The translations under genes and the position numbers were made by a program. Below the pieces are notes generated by a model, which saw only the letters and a program-made list of their open reading frames with translations, made no database searches and was not told where the DNA came from. Shown piece by piece: positions 11,073 to 23,290 of a stretch of DNA of 64,000 nucleotides; positions within the stretch are counted from its first letter, which is position 1, and each line of letters opens with the position of its first letter. Source of the DNA: Squalus acanthias. Taxonomy: Eukaryota. The stretch is from the NCBI GenBank assembly GCA_030390025.1, contig CM059432.1, positions 151,282,001 to 151,346,000 of the forward strand, written 5' to 3'.

Positions 11073-12233
11073 CTAGAAGCGGCTTGCTATTAGCCGTTGA
11101 CGGACGGCCCTTGCAGTTTCACCATTGTGGGCCGCCCTCCCGCCTTGGTGCTGCTGATGATCATCCTCCTCGTCCTCTTCCTCCTCTTCCTCCTCCTCCT
11201 CTGGTGGTGCTCCAAGGCCTGGTGGCATTGGCTGGGTCCTGACGATTGCCATGTTATGCAACATGCAGCATACAACTACGAAGTTGGATACTCGCTCAGG
11301 CGAGTACTGCAGGGCTCCTCCAGAATGGTCGAGACAGCGGAACCGTTGCTTCAGCACACCGATTGTGCGCTCAATGATGTTCCTGGTAGCTTGATGGCTC
11401 TCATTGTACCGCAGCTCAGCAGGGGTGTTGGGCGTACGGAGTGGTGTCATCAGCCAGGTGCTCAATGGATACCCCTTGTCCCCGAGAAGCCAACCAACTG
11501 GCTGATGCGGTGCCTCGAAAAGTTCTGCCACAGTAGTCTGGCGCAGGATAAAAGCATCGTGGCAGCTGCCAGGATAGTGGGCATTGACAGCGAGTATCAG
11601 CTGTCTGTGGTCATAGACCAACTGAACATTCAAGGAATGGAACCCCTTTCTGTTCCGGAATTCCTCGGCATTCTCATGTGGAGCACGCAAAGCCACATGC
11701 GTGCAGTCAATGGAGCCCTGCACCATGGGGAAGCCCGCTATCCTCGCAAAGCCCAGAGCGCGGTCACGCTGCTTGTCTGGGGTCATGGGGAAAGAGATGA
11801 ACTCTCGTCTCCTTTTAAAGAGGGCATTTGTGACCTGCCAGATGCAGCAATGCACCGCGAACTGGGAGATATTGGTGAGGTCCCCAGCAGCAGCTTGAAA
11901 TGAGCCAGTAGCATAGAAGTTGAGAGCCACTGTGACCTTCACTGCCACCGACAGAGACGTCCTGGACCTCAGTTGAGGCTGCAGATCTGGCTGCAGCAGG
12001 TGGCAGAGCTCAGTGACCACCTCCTTGCTGAATCGCAGCCTTCGCAAACACAGCTCCTCAGACATATGAATGTAAGAGAGCTGTTCATGATATACCCTGG
12101 GAGGGTAAGCTCTCCTGTACATACGCCTGTTGGCCCTCCTCCGTCTGGCCATCATTGCCACTCTCTTTCTGCGTCTCTGTGTCCTCCAATTCAGCTGGAG
12201 CAGGACGACGCCCCCAATCAGTGCAGCCCCCAT
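11073..12233 (-). CDS. Harbinger DDE transposase (HARBI1-like, 386 aa from ATG 12233)
   Basis: Intact ORF with ALNFYATGSFQ, GSIDCTHV, FRNRKGFHSLNVQ, YPGSCHDAFIL, LLGDKGY, IERTIGVLKQRFRCL, CCMLHN. Confidence 0.95.
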   Translation of the reverse strand: MGAALIGGVVLLQLNWRTQRRRKRVAMMARRRRANRRMYRRAYPPRVYHEQLSYIHMSEELCLRRLRFSKEVVTELCHLLQPDLQPQLRSRTSLSVAVKVTVALNFYATGSFQAAAGDLTNISQFAVHCCIWQVTNALFKRRREFISFPMTPDKQRDRALGFARIAGFPMVQGSIDCTHVALRAPHENAEEFRNRKGFHSLNVQLVYDHRQLILAVNAHYPGSCHDAFILRQTTVAELFEAPHQPVGWLLGDKGYPLSTWLMTPLRTPNTPAELRYNESHQATRNIIERTIGVLKQRFRCLDHSGGALQYSPERVSNFVVVCCMLHNMAIVRTQPMPPGLGAPPEEEEEEEEEDEEDDHQQHQGGRAAHNGETARAVRQRLIASRF

Positions 12234-15200
12234 AGTCTCTTTGCAAGCAAAGTAATGAAGGACAGCAACCAAAGTACCAGCGAAGTTAGGATCAGTAGGC
12301 AAAACTACCTCACAAAGCGTTGACTCAATGCGGAAGTCTCTCTTTCTCTCTCTCCGAATCTCTCTCTCTCTCTCTCAGAACGAGTGGTGCAAAAATGTCA
12401 ACCACAGAAAAAGACAGGAAGAGGCCCCCTTTAAATAGCGCCCCCCCCAGCCCCACAGCGATTGATAGCGTTCCAGTCTTCCGGTCGTTGGATGCGCCAG
12501 GCGGTAAGGCAGGGGGCGCCACTCAATTTCCGCTCCGGGGCGCCACAAGGGCGTTGCACCATGGAATGACGTCACAATCTGCGCGCGCAGGTGGTCGCAG
12601 CGGTAAAGTTTAGCGCCGCCGCACAATGTCTAGTTAAGTTCCCGAGCGGCGTAAACATCGCTGCGCCCGGGCGTTAGCGGCTTTGCGCCCCATTAGCGCC
12701 CTCTTAAGGCGCTAACGGGAGGCGCAACCAACTGAATTTTTACCCCAATGAATTTTACCCAGTGGCCCGTGAAACAAACAGTGAGTACACTGCCCAAAAA
12801 AAAGTACTTGCATGTTGCACGTACACATACTCGTGTAAAGCGGCTGATGGTCCAGGTACTTGGGGGCCATACATCTTCTCTCCGATTTCTCATTCCAACA
12901 TATGCTCCTTGCACGAGAATTCTGCACATTGCATTCTCCAGCAAATGCAGGCAGGAGAGCTGTCACCTTAACTACAGTTGTTACAGGGAGCAGGCGCTGG
13001 AGATTCTGGGAGTGGAAGAGGAGGGGGGCAAGTGAGAGGTAGTGCCATGCTTTATTATTCATGCATTCATTCTTACATACATTAAGATAGACCATGAGCC
13101 ACAGCAGCCTAACATATAATGAAGGTAATTTTCTACATATCCACAAGCAGCAGATGGGCTTCCTGCCACCAGCATGTACTTGGAAAATTAGTGCTAATAT
13201 CTTGCTATGTAAGCTGTGTTTGAAATGGTGTCTTACTGATGGCAATTGTAAGATATCTTCTTCTTCTCGCCCTATAGGTTACCACAATAAGGAAAGCCCA
13301 GAGGGCAATATGAGCCCAGGCCCCAGCACCACCCAGCAATCTGAATCACTCCTACAGAAGGAAACATCAGCACACATACATCCACTCCATCCATTTACTG
13401 AAGTTGAAAAGGGAAACATAGAGCCTGATTGAGGAGCGGCAGTTGCATGAACGAGAGGAGCTACAACTTGCTGGCCAGAAGGCCAGGTCAAGGACACTGT
13501 CACAATTCAGGATTTAGGATCGATTTTTTTTTTCTTCATGACATGAATTTGGGAATGAGTCATGTTTGAGTGCTATGTTTTAAAACAAAGTGAATTCTCA
13601 CAGGTTTAAAACACAACAGGCTACAGGCACTGAGACAAAGGGTTTATTTGTTAATGGGCCAAAAATTACAGCTAGACAAGCCAGTTTGTGGAATGTCATG
13701 ATTCAGTCTGCTTCAAACTGAGACAATAAAGTTCACTCTTCCCTGACTCATGAGGCCACAATAGTCTCAATCATTTTCAGAATAGCAACAGATAGTCTCT
13801 TGAGAGTGTTAGCAGTCAACCTCCTCCCTTCTCTGGGTCACAACAACACATTTCGAGTAAGCTCCAGATATTCATAGTGGAGTGTACGGAACAGACTTTA
13901 TTCATACACAGTAAAGGTGATCAGCCTTCACTGTATACAGAGAGTGGCTTTTCCGTTTCTATATCTTTCGAGTCCTCTGAGATACTGTTGAAAACCATGA
14001 TTTTTTATATACCATATTCTGACTACATCAAAGGAAAATATCACAGAGAGGACTGTGTGATGTATCTATTCCCAAACCCTTTGAAAACAGACTATTCATG
14101 TAAACAGTTGTAGTTTGTTTACTTCAAAACTAATACCCTTAAACAAGACTTCCTGATGGTAACAGTCCCTAAACCCTTTTAAGAAAAAGCCTTACCAACT
14201 GTGAGCTTGTTTTATTACCCTAAAACTAAAGTTACATTTTATTACCCCACACTTATTTCCTTACAAAAGCACTTTACATATCAGAAGACAAGTCATGTTT
14301 TCTCCTCACCACACTTCAAAGTCATCCTGTTTATATTGGAAAGCCTGCTTCTTCAAGACACAAAGAAGTTCGACTGTTAACCCTTAACTCTCCAAGATGT
14401 CCAACATGCATCTCTCCAGGACGTCCAACAGAGAACCAAAACCCAAAGCAGGGAAGGTGGTTTCATTGACAGGCGAATCACTGAATGGGGAAGAGGTCCC
14501 ACATGATGGAAACATAGAGATAGTGGGAGAAAAGAGACACCTGGGCAGTCAGTCAGGTTTTAAACAGGACACTGTGAGGAGTAGGCCTGGGCCTGGAGCT
14601 GGAAGCTAAGATGCAGGAGGTCAGTTTTTGCAGTTAGAATTTGTCTAGAAAGAAATGTAATGACAAAAACAAGAATAACGGCCCACAAAAAGAACAGAGC
14701 ACATGGTTTATTATTTCTCATCTTTCGAGAAGAGGTGATAATTGAATGAAGTAAGTGAGGTTTGTTTACAACTGTTACTCTGTATGTTTGCTTGCTGTCT
14801 GCAAAATAAAGCAGCTTAACAATTTGCATCTGGCCTCATCTTTAGAAAGATTGGAGAAGTGCATGTGAAGCCATGGGCGAAAGATGTCCTTATGACTCAG
14901 CCACTCTGCTTAAATAACTAAAGATGTGTCCGAAATCCTACAGGCCAGGCACCCACTGCATCAATACGCTTGATGCTTGTAGTTGCAAGGTCATCTACTG
15001 CTCCAGCACAGGGAGGTACTGCACCATCTCCTTCCCCAGATACTTGTACTGAAAGCAGCAGCCAAACACCCCACTTCCTCCTCTCTAAGTGTGGGGACAT
15101 TTAGTAGAAGACATACACTCCATACTATCACAAAGAAGAAACATCAGGACAAAGCATACTGAACACACTGATTATAAAGGTTAATAAAGTTTGCCTAATG

Positions 15201-15257
15201 TTGACTGTACAATTTTTTTAGCATATAACTTGCAATTCATTTGTAACCAAATTGTCA

Positions 15258-15720
15258 TTAGGAACATTAGGAACAGGCCATTCAGCCCTTCGAGCCTGCT
15301 CCGCCATTCAATTAGAGCATGGCTGATCTGCACCTCAACTCCATCTACCTGCCTTTGCTCCATATCCCTTGATAGCCTTACCTAACAAACATCTATCTAT
15401 CTCAGTCTGGAAAGCTCCAATTGTCCCAGCATCCACAATATTTTCAGGGAGAGAGTTCCGGATTAATGCTGCCCTTTCTGTGGAAAAGTTCCTGATTACA
15501 CTCCTGAATGGCCTAGCTCTAATTTTAAGATTTTTTCCCCCATGTTTTTGATTCCCCACCAAAGGAAATAGTTCCTCTGTATCTACCCTATCAAAACCTT
15601 TTAACATTTTAAACACCTAGATCAGATCACCCATCAATCTTCTATACTCAAGGGAATATAAATGAAGTTTATCCCACCTGTCCTCATAATTGAACCCTCT
15701 GAACCTGGGAATCATTCTGA
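15258..15720 (-). mobile_element. CR1 3' fragment, decayed
   Basis: FKMLKGFDRVD..LFPL, CR1 3' UTR stem-loop. Confidence 0.85.
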
Positions 15721-15729
15721 AAAGTAGAA

Positions 15730-16010
15730 CTATAAGCTGTTTTGGGTAAGGCACAGTGGACCACAACAATTGGCAGGACTGTATTGTAGAACTCCCCCAG
15801 ATCTTTTAATACATCAGACCTTTGTTTGAGCATCCCAACGCTGTGCTCCACCAAGATCGAGGTAGCTGTGTGCAGCTCACTGTATCTCTCTTCAAGTCTT
15901 GTCCGTGTGTTTCTCAAGGGTGTTGTTAGCCAAAGCAGCAGTGAATAGCTCCAGTCTCGAGTAGATATCTATCCACACAGTCTTCCTGGGTTCTTCAATG
16001 ATGGTGGCAC
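15730..16010 (-). pseudogene. Decayed Harbinger transposase C-terminal fragment
   Basis: EERYSELHTATSILVEHSVGMLKQR...IVVVHCAL resembles ELRYNESHQATRNIIERTIGVLKQR...VVVCCML. Confidence 0.65.
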
Positions 16011-16159
16011 CAAAAGCCAATGGAAGTAAAAATCGGGAGAGCTGTAAAACCAGCTCACTAGCACCCGTTTTACATAATCACACAAAGTCAAGATCTACCC
16101 CTGTGATTCAATGAATGCGAGCCACCCGCACCCAATCATTAGGAGCAGTAGATGCAGCT

Positions 16160-17400
16160 ACACTTTTACAACTTTGAATTAGAAAGTCTGTGGGAAGGAC
16201 AGCCAGAATGCCAACCAAGGCAACGTGGAGCAGGAGGCTGTCCAAGGGGAGGAGATGCCGAGCAGAGAGGCTGTAGTTATAGGGGATTCTATCATTGAGG
16301 GATAGAGAGTATTTTTTTGCAGTCAGTGTCGAGAATCCCGAAGGGTCTGTTGCCTACCAGGTAAGGGACATCTCAAAATAGCTGGAAAAGAATCTGGAAA
16401 GGGAGGGGGAGGATCCAGTTGTTGTGGTCCATGTCGGAAACAACGACATAGGAAAGATTAGGGAAGAGGACCTGCCAAGGGAATATCAGGAGTTAGCAGC
16501 TAAGTTGAAAAGCAGGACCTCACGAGTAATAATTTTGGGTTTATTATCTGAGCCACATGTAAATTGGCATAAGGACAAAGAGATTAGGAAAGTCAACACA
16601 TGGCTAAAGGGGTGGTTCCATCTCATGGAACACTGGCACCAGTACTGGGACAGGAAGGAGCTGTACCGTTGGGACGGGCTACACCTGAACTGGGCTGGGA
16701 TCAAGGTCCAAGTGGAAAGGATAACTGGGGGTGTAAATAAGACTTAAAACTAATAACATGGGAGGAGGGAATTGCTATAAATTACAGAAACCTAACAATA
16801 AAAGAATCAGGAAAAGAGAGTAAAGGACAAACTAAAGGAAGGAATAAGGATAACATGAATGGCCAGATGTCAGATAAAGTCATAGAGCACAAAGTTAAAA
16901 TAACTACTAAAAACAAAGAGAGAGGAATAATAAATAAAAACAATTTAAACTGTTGTTACAGCAATGAATGTAGTATTCAAAACAAAATGGATGAACTGGA
17001 GGCAATAATTTGCAGAGAGGATCCTGGTATAGTAGGAGTGACTGAAACATGGCTACATAGAGAACAGGATTAGCAACTAAATATTGCAGGATATAACACA
17101 TTTAGGAAGGAAAGGGAAATAAGGTGGGCAGGTGGAGTAGCTAAACTAGTTAAAGATAACATAATGGCAGTAGAAAAAAAGGATGTAACTAGCAGTAAGA
17201 TAGATACAGAATCCATATGGATTGAGTTAAAAGATAAGAAGAGAGCCATCACCCTAATAGGGGTATACTATAGACCATCAAATAGTGGAAGGGAATTGGA
17301 GGAAGAACTATGTAGGCAAATCTATGAGGTACGTAGCAAGCATAGAATAATAATCATGGGAGATTTCATCTACCCCCAATAAACTGGCAGGGAGAAGTAG
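16160..17400 (+). mobile_element. Old CR1, ORF1 esterase + ORF2 APE N-terminus, decayed
   Basis: VVIGDSI, VHVGNNDIG, WDGLHLN; VTETW, YYRPSN, IIMGDF with stops. Confidence 0.85.
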
Positions 17401-17637
17401 TGAAAAAATGGTGGAATAGGCGGACACGTGGCCGATGAAATTTAACGCAGAAAAGTGTGAAGTGATACATTTTGGTAGGAAGAACGAGGAGAGGCAATAT
17501 AAACTAAATGGTACAATTCTAAAGGGGGTGCATGAACAGAGACACCTGGGGGTATATGTGCACAAATCATTGAAGGTGGCTGGGCAGGTTGAGAAAGCAG
17601 TTAAAAAAGCATATGGGATCCTGGGCTTCATAAATAG

Positions 17638-19648
17638 AAATGAGAAGTCGCACAACACCAGGTTATAGTCCAACAGATTTATTTAAAATTACAAGCTTTC
17701 GGAGCTGTTGCCCCTTCCTCAGGTAGAGTTACTATGAGACAATCTACCAGAATTCACAGACTATAAACACAGAGAAAATGCAGAGATTCAATCTATCCCT
17801 ACATCAAAGACATACTAAGAGCACAGCCAAGACAATGAGATGTGTCCCAGGGGGTCCAACGTGTCAAAACACCTGCTGGCTGCATATTCTCCATTTGGGT
17901 TTGTTTCTTCTGTTTGTTTCTTGTGTTTGTTTTATTAAAAAGCTGGAAAGACCGGCAACGATGTCAAGTCACGTTCTGTAACGTGACATGAACCCGATAT
18001 CCCGATTGAGGCCGTCCTCATGAGTGCGGAACTTGGCTATCAGTTTCTGCTCGATAATTTTGTGTTGTCGTGTATCCCGAAGGCCGCCTTGGAGAACGCT
18101 AACCCACAGATCCGAGGCTGAATGCCCTTGACTGCTGAAGTGTTCCCCGACTGGGAGGCAACCCTCCTGCCTGGCGATTGTTGTGCGGTGTCCGTTCATA
18201 CGTTGTCTCAGTGTCTGCATGGTCTCGCCGATGTACCATGCTCTGGGGCATCCTTTACTGCAACATATCAGGTAGACAACGTTGGCCGAGTCACATGAGT
18301 ATGTACCATGTACCTGGTGGGTAGTGTCCTCATGTGTGATGACGGTATCTGTGTCCATGATCTGGCATGTCTTGCAGAGGTTGCCGTGGCAGGGTTGTGT
18401 GGTGTTGTGGTCGCTGTTCTCCTGAAAGCTGGGTAATTTGCTGCGAACGATGGTACTTTTGAGGTTAGGCGGTTGCTTGAAGGCGAGTAGTGGAGGCGTG
18501 GGGATGGCCTTAGCAAGGTGTTCGTCGTCATCGATGACATGTTGAAGGCTGCAAAGAACATGGCGTAGTTTCTACGCTCCGGGGAAGTACTGGACGACGT
18601 AGGGTACTCTGTTGGTTGTGTCCCGTGTTCGTCTTCTGAGGAGGTCTATGCGGTTTTTCGCTGTGGCCCGTCGGAACTGTCGATCGACGAGTCGAGCGTC
18701 ATATCCCGTTCTTACGAGGGCGTCTTTCAGTGTCCGTAGGTGTCCATCGTGTTCCTCCTCGTCTGAGCAGATCCTGTGTATTCGCAGGGCTTGTCCATAG
18801 GGGATGGCTTCTTTAACGTGGTTAGGGTGGAAGCTGGAGAAGTGGAGCATCGTGAGGTTGTCCGTGGGCTTGCGGTAGAGTGAAGTGCTCAGGCGTCCGT
18901 CTTTGATGGAGATTCGTGTGTCCAAGAATGAAACCGATTCTGAGGAGTAGTCCATGGTGAGTTTGATGGTGGGATGGAACCTGTTGATGCTATCGTGTAG
19001 TCCTTTCAGTGATCCTTCGCCGTGGGTCCAAAGGAAGAAGATGTCGTCGATGTATCTGGTGTACAGCGTTGGTTGGAGGTCCTGTGCAGCGAAGAAGTCT
19101 TGCTCGAACTTGTGCATGAAGATGTTGGCGTATTGGGGTGCGAATTTGGTCCCCATGGCTGTTCCGTGTGTTTGGGTAAAAAACTGGTTGTCGAAGGTGA
19201 AGACATTGTGGTCAAGGATGAAGCGGATGAGTTGTAGGATGGCGTCTGGAGATTGGCTGTTGTTGGTGTTGAGTACTGAGGCTGTCGCAGCGATGCCGTC
19301 ATTGTGGGGGATATTGGTGTAGAGTGCCGATACGTCCATCGTGGCGAGGAGTGTTCCTGGTTCAACTGGTCCATGGGTGCTGAGTTTCTGCAAGAAGTCT
19401 GTAGTGTCGCGACAGAAGCTGGGGGTTCCCTGTACGATGGGTTTCAGGATGCCCTCGACGTACCCAGAGAGGTTCTCACACAGGGTTCCGTTGCCTGATA
19501 CGATAGGACGTCCGGGTGTGTTGGCTTTGTGTATCTTTGGGAGGCAGTAAAAGTCTCCTACGCGGGGAGTACGTGGGATGAGAGCGCGTAGGATGTTTTG
19601 AAGGTCTGGATCGAAGGTCTTGATCAGTCTATTGAGTTGGCGGGTGTT
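17638..19648 (-). mobile_element. Penelope-like element (RT + GIY-YIG endonuclease), 5'-truncated, one in-frame stop
   Basis: FYCLPKIHK..GRPIVS, TMDVSALYTNIP, GTAMG, RYIDDIF, YRKPT, then VYLICC..YIGET..RMNGHR. Same frame across the TAG at 18572-18574; ORF ends 17969. Confidence 0.95.
17690..17725 (-). ncRNA. Minimal type I hammerhead ribozyme motif in PLE terminal repeat
   Basis: Minus strand: tac CTGAGGA a GGGGC aaca GCTCC GAAA g CTT gta. Core CUGANGA/GAAA, 5-bp stem II, palindromic AAGCTT stem III. Confidence 0.8.
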
Positions 19649-20289
19649 ATATAGGCAGAGAGTACAAAAGCAAGGAAGTTATGATGAACCTTTATAAAAC
19701 ACTGGTTCGGCCTCAACTGGAGTATTGTGTTCAATTCCGGGCACCACACTTTAGGAAGGATGTGAAGGCCTTAGAGAGGGTGTAGAAAAGATTTAAAAGA
19801 ATGGTTCCAGGGATGAGGGACTTCAGTTATGTGGATAGACTAGAGAAGCTGGGGTTGTTCTCCTTGGAGCAGAGAAGGTTGAGAGGAGATTTGATAAAGG
19901 TGTTCAAAATCATGATGGGTCGAGACAGAGTAGATAGAGAGAAACTGTTCCCATTGGAGGAAGGGTCAAGAAACAGAGGTGATTGGCAAAAGAACCAAAG
20001 GCGACATGAGGAAAAACTTTTTTACGCAGCGAGTGGTTAGGGTCTGGAATGCACTGCCTGAAAGGGTGGTGGAGGCAGATTCAATCACAGCTTTCAAAAG
20101 GAAATTGGAAAGTACCTGAAAGAAAAAAATTTGCAGGGCTACGGGGAAAGGCCGGGGGAGTGGGACTAGCTGAAGTGCTCTTGCAGAGAGCAGGCATGGG
20201 GTCAATGGGCCAAATGGCCTCCTTCACTGCTGTAACCTTTAGGATTCTATGATTCTATGAAAAGAAAAGGGAATTGAGTTTCTACAGTG

Positions 20290-21800
20290 TATTTCTTTTA
20301 TTCATACTCGAGATATCGGTGTTGCTGGCAAAGCCAGCATTTATTGCCCATCCGTAACTGAACTTGAGAAGGTGATGGTGAGCTGCCTTCTTGAACCGCT
20401 GCAGTCCGTGTGGTGAAGGTGCTCCCACAGTGCTGTTAAGGAGGAAGTTCCAGGATTTTGCCCCAGCGACGATGAAGGAACGGCGATATACTTCCAAGTC
20501 AGGATGGTGTGTGACTTGGAGGGGAACTTGGAGGAGGTGGTGTTCCCATGCATCTGCTGCCCTTGTCCTTCTAGGTGGAAGAGGTCGCGGGTTTGGGAGG
20601 TGCTGCCGAAGAAGTCTTGGCGAGTTGCTGCAGTGCATCTTGTAGATGGTACACACTGCAGCCACGGTGCGCCGGTGGTGGAGGGAGTGAATGTTTAAAG
20701 TGGGTTGATTTGTCCCGGATGGTGTCGAGCTTCTTGAGTGTTGTTGGAGCTGCACTCATCCAGGCAAGTGGAGAGTATTCCATCACACTCCTGACTTGTG
20801 CCTTGTAGCTGGTGGAAAGGCTTTGGGGAGTCAGGAGGTGAGTCACTCACCGCAGAATACCCAGCGTCTGACTTGCTCTTGTAGCCACAGTATTTATGTG
20901 CCTGGTACAGTTAAGATTTCTGGTCAATGGTGACTCCCAGGATGTTGATAGTGGGGAATTCGACAATGCTAATGTCATTGAATGTCAAGGGTTAGACTTC
21001 CTCTTATTGGAGATGGACATTGCCTGGCATTTGTGTGGCGCAAATGTTACTTGTCACTTATCTGCCCAAGCCTGAATGTCGTCCAGGTCTTGCTGTAAGC
21101 GGGCACAGACTGCTTCGTTATCTGAGGAGTTGCGAATGGAACTGAACACTGTGCAATCATCAGCGAGCATCCCCACTTCTGACCTTATGATGAAGGGAAG
21201 GTTATTGATGAAGCAGATGAAGATGGCTGGGCCGAGGACACTGCCCTGAGGAACTCCTGCAGCGATGTCCTGGGGCTGAGATGATTGGCCTCCAACAACC
21301 TCAACCATCTTCCTTTGTGCTAGTTATGACTCCAGCAAGTGGAGACTTTTCCCTCAGGTTCCCATTGACATCAATATTACTAGGGCTCCTTGATGCCACG
21401 CTCAGTCAAATGTTCCCTTGATGTCAAGGGCAGTCACTCTCACCTCACCTCTGGAATTCAGCTCTTTTGTCCATGTTTGGACCAAGGCTGTAATAGAGTC
21501 ATAGAGTCATAGAGTTATACAGCACAGAAAGAGGCCCTTCGGCCCTTCAGCCCATCGTGTCCACGCCGGCCATCAAGCCCTGTCTATTCTAATCCCATTT
21601 TCCAGCACTTGGTCCATAGCCTTGTATGCTATGGCGTTTCAAGTGCTCATCTAAATGCTTCTTGAATGTTGTGAGGGTTCCTGCCTCTATCACCCTTTCA
21701 GGCAGTGAGTTCCAGATTCCAACCACCCTCTGGGTGAAAAAGTTTTTCCTCAAATGAGGTCTGGAGCCGAGTGGTCCTGGCGGAACCCAAACTGGGCATC
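20290..21800 (-). mobile_element. CR1/L2-group LINE (Zenon/Crack-like) RT 3' part, interrupted by a CR1 tail at ~21494-21753
   Basis: [51 protein letters not shown]-rich tail. Clade assignment is tentative. Confidence 0.8.
21494..21753 (-). mobile_element. CR1 3' end fragment
   Basis: (GACTCTAT)n tail; FFTQRVVGIWNSLP-type sequence. Confidence 0.8.
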
Positions 21801-23290
21801 AGTCTAAGATGGCCTGATCTCTAGTTGGTTCCTCGACATATTGGTCCAGGAAACCATCTCGTATACACTCCAGGAATTCCTCCTCCACAGTACTGTTACT
21901 AATTTGGTTAGCCCAATCTATATGTAAATTAAAGTCACCCATGATAACTGCTGTGCCATTATTGCACGCTTCTCTAATTTCCCTTTTAATGCCATCCCCA
22001 ATGTCCGCATTACTGTTTGGGGGTCTGTATACCACTCCCACTAACGTTTTCTGCCCCTTGGTATTTCTCAGTTCTACCCATACAGATTCCACATCATCAG
22101 AGCTAATATCCTTCCTTACAATTGTGTTAATCCCCTATTTAACCAGCAATGCTACCCCACCTTCTTTTCAATTTTGCCTATCTTTCCTGAATATTGAATA
22201 CCCCTGGATGTTGAGTTCCCAGCCTTGGTCACCCTGGAGCCATTTTTCCGTAATCCCAATCAAATCATATTCGTTTACTTCTATTTGCGCAGCTAATTCA
22301 TCCACCTTATTACGAATGCTCCTCGCATTAAGACACAAAGCCTTCAGGCTTGTTTTTTTAATGCTCTTAGACCTTTTAGAATTATTATTTACTGTGGCCA
22401 TGTTTGATTTAAACCCTTGATTTCTCTGACTGTCACCTTTGTTTTTCTCCTTCCTGTCTTTTGCTTCTATCCTTGTTTCCCTTTCCTCTGTCTCCCTGCT
22501 CAGGTTCCCAACCCCCTGCCATTTTAGTTTAAATCCTCCCCCAGAGCACTAGCAAACACTCCACCTAGGACATCGGTCCCGGCCCTGCCCAGGTGCAGAC
22601 CATCCCGTTTGTACTGGTCTCACCTCCCCCAGAACCGGTTCCAATGTCCCAGGAATTTGAATCCCTCCCCCTTGCACCATTCCTCTAGCCACGTATTCAT
22701 CTGAAATATCCTTTTATTTCTACTCTGACTAGCACGTGGCACCTGTAACAATCCTGAGATTACTACCTTTGAGGTCCTATTTTTTAATTTACCTCCTAAC
22801 TCCCTATATTCAGCTTTTAGGACTTCATCCCCTTTTTTACCTATATCGTTGGTACCTATATGCACCACGACAACTGGCTGTTCACCCTCCCCCTCCAGAA
22901 TGTTCTGCAGCCGCTCTGAGACATCCTTGACCCTTGCACCAGGGAGACAACATACCATCCTGGAGTCTCGTTTGCGGCCGCAGAAACGCCTATCTATTCC
23001 CCTTACAATAGAATCCTCTATCACTATAGCTCTCCCACTCTTTTTCCTCCCTTCCTGTGCAGCAGAAACACCCTCGGTGCCAGGAAGTTGGTTGCTGCTG
23101 CCTTCCCCCGGTAAGCCATCCTCCCCAACAATATCCAAAACGGTATATCTGTTTGAGAGGGGGATGGCCACAGGGGACCCCTGCACTACCTGTCTGCGCC
23201 TACTGCTCTGCCTGGTGGTCACCCATTCCTTTCTTGCCTGTGCAGCCTTTACCTGCGGTGTGACCAACTCACTAAACGTGCTATCCACGA
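21801..23290 (-). mobile_element. CR1 fragment: ORF1 (esterase) + ORF2 APE
   Basis: [43 protein letters not shown]. Confidence 0.92.

Larger units (their letters stand above)
8582..12746. mobile_element. Autonomous PIF/Harbinger DNA transposon
   Basis: Imperfect TIRs (GGGGgAAAAATT.. / ..AATTTTTACCCC); 3-bp TSD AAT (8579-8581, 12747-12749); GC-rich subterminal GCGC-containing motifs; two convergent genes. Confidence 0.92.
17405..20260 (+). mobile_element. CR1 3' part (17405-17637 + ~19650-20260) split by a Penelope insertion
   Basis: [22 protein letters not shown] resumes as ..EYKSKEVMMNLYK after 19650; GATTCTAT tail. Confidence 0.88.

Noticed and set aside
11097..11903. 268-aa plus-strand ORF and numerous other antisense ORFs over CR1/PLE sequences
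   Set aside because: Shadow frames of TE coding strands with no recognisable domains.
11073..12302. Domesticated host gene HARBI1 (and NAIF1/MSANTD for the Myb gene)
   Set aside because: Both genes lie between TIRs with a TSD and have decayed paralogues nearby, so they belong to a transposon; no gene symbol was assigned.
13870..14400. Possible minus-strand solo LTR (AATAAA/TATA-like motifs)
   Set aside because: No definable termini, TSD or second copy.
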